Positions 60,229-63,580 of a stretch of DNA of 63,580 bases are shown in pieces; positions within the stretch are counted from its first letter, which is position 1, and every line of letters starts with the position of its first letter. Below the pieces are notes generated by a model, which was not told the DNA's origin, did not search any database, and was given only the letters and a program-made list of their open reading frames with translations. The position numbers and the translations under genes are program-made. Source of the DNA: Candidatus Aminicenantes bacterium (lineage in GTDB: Bacteria > Acidobacteriota > Aminicenantia > Aminicenantales > Aminicenantaceae); NCBI GenBank assembly GCA_011772495.1, contig WVZL01000014.1, positions 1 through 63,580 of the forward strand. Direction: 5' to 3'.

Positions 60229-61011
60229 TTATGGCAGATTTCCCATGATTTCTTGATAAATTGCATTCAATTCATCCAAGGGAACCTTATCATACCTTTT
60301 AAACAACTGACTCAGGAGTATTTCATGCTTGATGTATTCTTCAGCAACGTGAATTATGCCGAGATTCTTAGTCACTGCGATCCTTGCACCATCCGAAGGA
60401 AAAGTACAGCCCACAAGAGCTTGTTTAGAGTCAATGCTCAAGGCAATATCCCTGCAGGAAGAACAGGGCTGTCCCTGGTGAGGATACAGATTTTTAAGTT
60501 TGAAAATCTGCTCTCCACAGTAGACGCCAATGACTGATACGTGTCGTTTTTCAGCCTCAGACAACGCGCTTTCGAAAAAAAGGATATCGCTGTCGAAGCT
60601 GACTAAATAAATATGGCTCTTAGCTTGAGAGATGACATGATTTATTGTTTCAAATATTCGATCTCGTCCTGATATGGTCCAGATACCTTGAGTCTCTGCT
60701 GGTTTTTTAAGCTGCGGCAGGACTTCCTTGAGAAAATCTATATTCCTTCTGCTTTCCTTTTCTTTCTTTTTTAAAAATGCCGCTAAGCTAACGGGAATCA
60801 AAAGGGTTGTATCTCCCTCTTGAGATAGAACCAATCCCTTCGCCGCGAGCTTCTCGATCGTTTCATATATACGAGATCGAGGAACACCGGATTTCTTGCT
60901 GAGCTTGTACCCAGTCAGAGGAGATTCTGAGAGGAGGGCAAAGTAGGCTTTTGCCTCATAGGTTGAGAGCCCCAGATTTTCAATGGCCTGAACTATGTCT
61001 TTTTTCTCCAT
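60229..61011 (-). CDS. TrmB family transcriptional regulator
   Basis: LGLSTYEAKAYFALL..LSKKSGVPRSRIYE. Confidence 0.93.
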   Translation of the reverse strand: MEKKDIVQAIENLGLSTYEAKAYFALLSESPLTGYKLSKKSGVPRSRIYETIEKLAAKGLVLSQEGDTTLLIPVSLAAFLKKKEKESRRNIDFLKEVLPQLKKPAETQGIWTISGRDRIFETINHVISQAKSHIYLVSFDSDILFFESALSEAEKRHVSVIGVYCGEQIFKLKNLYPHQGQPCSSCRDIALSIDSKQALVGCTFPSDGARIAVTKNLGIIHVAEEYIKHEILLSQLFKRYDKVPLDELNAIYQEIMGNLP

Positions 61012-61013
61012 AT

Positions 61014-61060
61014 TAGTAACTACCTAAGTGTATACTAAGATTTTTTTGTCTATTTGTCAA
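61014..61060 (-). promoter_or_regulatory. trmB promoter overlapped by a second operator
   Basis: TTGACA-N17-TAGTAT on the - strand; TAGTAACTAC-CTAA-GTGTATACTA at 61014-61037. Confidence 0.65.
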
Positions 61061-61272
61061 GTTTTTTTTGATTTTTTTTTAAAAAAAAGGCGTTAAATTC
61101 ATTATTATGCGCCATTCCCAAGCTGACCTCTGTGATAGAAAGACAACTACCTCTGCGGTCTAAGCATAACTTTCCTTCGAAGCTAAAAAACGAAGAGAAT
61201 AGTGCTTGGCCGTGGAATTTGCCCAATCCTTAGCTAACGGAGAAAATTAATAATAGATTTTATCTGTATTAT

Positions 61273-62301
61273 CTACCTTTTTAGTTTTAATTCCTCAATT
61301 ATTTTCGAATCTAGCCAGTAAACATCGCTAAATCCATTGCCTGGATTAAAATAAAATTTTTCCATCTCTTCATAGGAATATGTCATTCCTGAGAGGAGAT
61401 TATCACTCACTTTGTCAGAAACGAAAAAAAGAAATTTTCCATCGGGTGAAACATACGGATAGCGCTCATTATTATCCTCGTTAATATTCGGACCAAAGTT
61501 TATCGCCTCCGTCCAAGAACCATCGGGATTACGGAAGCTGATATATAAATCACCACTTCCATATCCTCCAGGGCGGGACGAGGAGAACAAGATGTATTGT
61601 TCATCAGGATCGATAAACGGTGTCCAATCCGCAAATCCAGAATTAATACTAGGAGGTAAAAGTTCCGGTTTTGTGTAGTGCCCTTGGTGTATCTCAGATC
61701 TGTAGATACCGTAATTATTCTTTCCCCCTTCAAAGTGTCCTACATAATAAAGGGTATATTGACGCGTAACGGTGGGCTGCATCTCCGTATGAGCAGTGTT
61801 AATAAGCGTACTGAGCGGCTTGGGTACTGACCACTTCATTCCTTCACGCTCTACCATCCATATATTTAAGTCATTCCGCCCAGAATCATCAGGATCTATT
61901 GAATGAGAAGCCGAAAAATAGACTCTATTTCCATCAGGAGAAAAACTTGCTTCAGCGCTTCCAGTTAAATAGGCAAATGGTGCGTCGTCAGGTTGCGACC
62001 AACCATGTGAAGTCACTTTGATATAAAGTGTGAAAACAGGAAACTTAAAACGATAGTTGCTCATAAAACCCCTTGTCCAAACGATTTCTTTTCCGTCTGG
62101 TGAAAAAGCTGGGAAACTATGCTCGTGAAAACCTGAAGAAATAATCCCAGGTGCAAAAATCTCAGGAGTCCTTCCCGGTTGTGTTTGACCTAGATATGGG
62201 CCTTGCAATTCTGGATAATCATTTTGTTTTGAACAACTTACATATGTAAGTAATATTATAAAACAAGTTAAAAGTACTCGTATTTTCACAATAACCTCCA
62301 A
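61273..62301 (-). CDS. PD40/TolB-like beta-propeller lipoprotein
   Basis: GPYLGQ..PEIFAPGIIS; FSPDG repeats; lipobox VSC. Confidence 0.85.
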   Translation of the reverse strand: MEVIVKIRVLLTCFIILLTYVSCSKQNDYPELQGPYLGQTQPGRTPEIFAPGIISSGFHEHSFPAFSPDGKEIVWTRGFMSNYRFKFPVFTLYIKVTSHGWSQPDDAPFAYLTGSAEASFSPDGNRVYFSASHSIDPDDSGRNDLNIWMVEREGMKWSVPKPLSTLINTAHTEMQPTVTRQYTLYYVGHFEGGKNNYGIYRSEIHQGHYTKPELLPPSINSGFADWTPFIDPDEQYILFSSSRPGGYGSGDLYISFRNPDGSWTEAINFGPNINEDNNERYPYVSPDGKFLFFVSDKVSDNLLSGMTYSYEEMEKFYFNPGNGFSDVYWLDSKIIEELKLKR

Positions 62302-62436
62302 ACAACTTTATTTTATTCTATCTAGAATCAATTTATCCATTATTTTGTATCATTCTACTTGATCCAGGACTGACCTGACCCCCTCAGATTGATCCAGTCT
62401 TTGAGTTATAATTGAGCTGGACGAAAGGAGGAGGAT

Positions 62437-62715
62437 ATGGCCAGAAAGCGCTATTCCCCTGAACAGGTCATCAGTATGCTTCGGGAGGCTGAAGTCATTC
62501 AAAACAAGGGTATGACAGTTATTGGAGCCTGCCGTAAGCTCGGCATCTCAGAGCAAACCTATTATCGTTGGCGTAAAGACTATGGCGGTATGCGTGTGGA
62601 CCAGGCTAAGCGGTTAAAGGAGCTTGAGTTGGAGAATGCGCGGCTGAAAAAGCTCGTGGCGGATCTATCTTTGGATAATGCTATCCTGAAGGAAGCAAGC
62701 CGGGGAAACTTTTAA
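62437..62715 (+). CDS. IS3 OrfA (HTH plus leucine zipper)
   Basis: GISEQTYYRWRK; LKELELENARLKKL. Confidence 0.93.
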   Translation: MARKRYSPEQVISMLREAEVIQNKGMTVIGACRKLGISEQTYYRWRKDYGGMRVDQAKRLKELELENARLKKLVADLSLDNAILKEASRGNF

Positions 62716-62737
62716 GCCCGGCCAAAAAGAGCCGGGC
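62703..62737 (+). other. Programmed -1 frameshift signal
   Basis: G GGA AAC, 6-nt spacer, hairpin GCCCGGC-CAAAAAGA-GCCGGGC; OrfB is in the -1 frame. Confidence 0.85.
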
Positions 62738-62747
62738 CGTTAGCCAT

Positions 62748-63566
62748 GTGTGTAAGGTATTGGCTGTATCTGAGAGGAAAGCATGTCAGGTTTTGGGACA
62801 ACCTCGATCTACACAAAGGCATGTACGGAAGATACCTGAGGATGAGGATAGATTAGTGGAACGTGTTATTGCTTTGGCTAGTCAGTATGACCGTTATGGC
62901 TATCGTCGTATCACGGCCTTACTGAAGCATGAAGGTTGGCATGTCAATCACAAGAGAGTCGAGAGGATCTGGAGACAAGAAGGGCTGAAGGTCCCGTCGA
63001 AACAGCCAAAGAGAGGACGCTTGTGGTTAACAGATGGATCATGTATCCGGCTTTGCCCTACGAAAAGGAACCATGTCTGGAGCTATGATATGGCCATGAT
63101 AAGGACAACGGATGGCAGAGCTTTACGCATCCTGGTTATCATCGATGAGTTCACCAGAGAATGTTTGTCTATATATGTTGCCCGGAGGATCAAACATCAT
63201 GATGTTTTGGAGCAGCTCTATGGGCTTTTCCTCGACCACGGAACACCGGAACATATCCGTTCAGACAACGCGCCAGAATTTACGGCTAAGGCTGTACGAA
63301 AATGGCTGACGAATCTAGAGATAAAAACCCTGTACATCGAACCTGGGAGTCCATGGGAGAATGGTTATGTTGAATCGTTTATAGGGAAGCTCAGAGACGA
63401 GTTGCTCAATGGTGAGACCTTTGATACTTTATTAGAAGCCAGAGTACTCATTGAACTCTGGCGAAAGGAATATAACGGAAGTAGACCTCATAGCTCATTG
63501 GGGTATAAACCACCTGCCCCAGAGGCTTATGAAGTTAAAAATATGACTCAACAGGTGGTACATTGA
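62748..63566 (+). CDS. IS3 OrfB DDE transposase (likely expressed as OrfAB fusion)
   Basis: YGYRRI, WSYD, IRSDN, WENGYVESF, RPHSSLGY. Confidence 0.95.
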   Translation: MCKVLAVSERKACQVLGQPRSTQRHVRKIPEDEDRLVERVIALASQYDRYGYRRITALLKHEGWHVNHKRVERIWRQEGLKVPSKQPKRGRLWLTDGSCIRLCPTKRNHVWSYDMAMIRTTDGRALRILVIIDEFTRECLSIYVARRIKHHDVLEQLYGLFLDHGTPEHIRSDNAPEFTAKAVRKWLTNLEIKTLYIEPGSPWENGYVESFIGKLRDELLNGETFDTLLEARVLIELWRKEYNGSRPHSSLGYKPPAPEAYEVKNMTQQVVH

Positions 63567-63580
63567 TGGGGGGCAGGTCA

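Larger units (their letters stand above)
62371..63580 (+). mobile_element. IS3-family insertion sequence (IS407-like), complete, 1210 bp
   Basis: IRL TGACCTGACCCCCTCAGATTGATCCA; IRR (reverse complement) TGACCTGCCCCCCATCAATGTACCA; TG...CA ends. Confidence 0.95.

Noticed and set aside
61152-61216. Imperfect hairpin between trmB and the PD40 gene as ncRNA or attC
   Set aside because: Single copy with no recognisable family motif or R boxes; may be a decayed palindromic repeat.
123-63309. Numerous short ORFs in the track antisense to or overlapping long genes (e.g. 15329-15949, 34876-35424, 33447-33941)
   Set aside because: Shadow frames of well-supported genes with no motifs or SD.

Overview
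This 63.6 kb window is bacterial. Gene content (tandem Zn-ribbon Ser/Thr kinase-TM-TPR receptors, S9 peptidase, VPS10/BNR and DUF5916 proteins, PD40 protein) resembles Aminicenantia/Acidobacteriota; this is inference, not a search result. There is no rRNA, tRNA or CRISPR array. It is an accessory region of mostly unrelated genes with several pseudogenes, a PIN/RHH toxin-antitoxin pair and an RND pump, and it ends exactly at the right end of a complete IS3-family element. The strongest signals are: (1) a stand-alone, Cys-free 221-aa gasdermin-like protein with no obvious inhibitory C-tail or adjacent protease; (2) a TPR receptor whose kinase domain is replaced by an FlhF-N-like domain, coupled to an atypical REC-LuxR regulator, a 7-2-7 palindrome and a divergent secreted protein; (3) about 20 short GGGGTCAG/GGGGACA-ended repeats at gene junctions; (4) a Cyc2-like cytochrome-porin; (5) readable operators for CGNR/ABATE, TrmB and sigma54 regulation. 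All family assignments come from reading motifs by eye.
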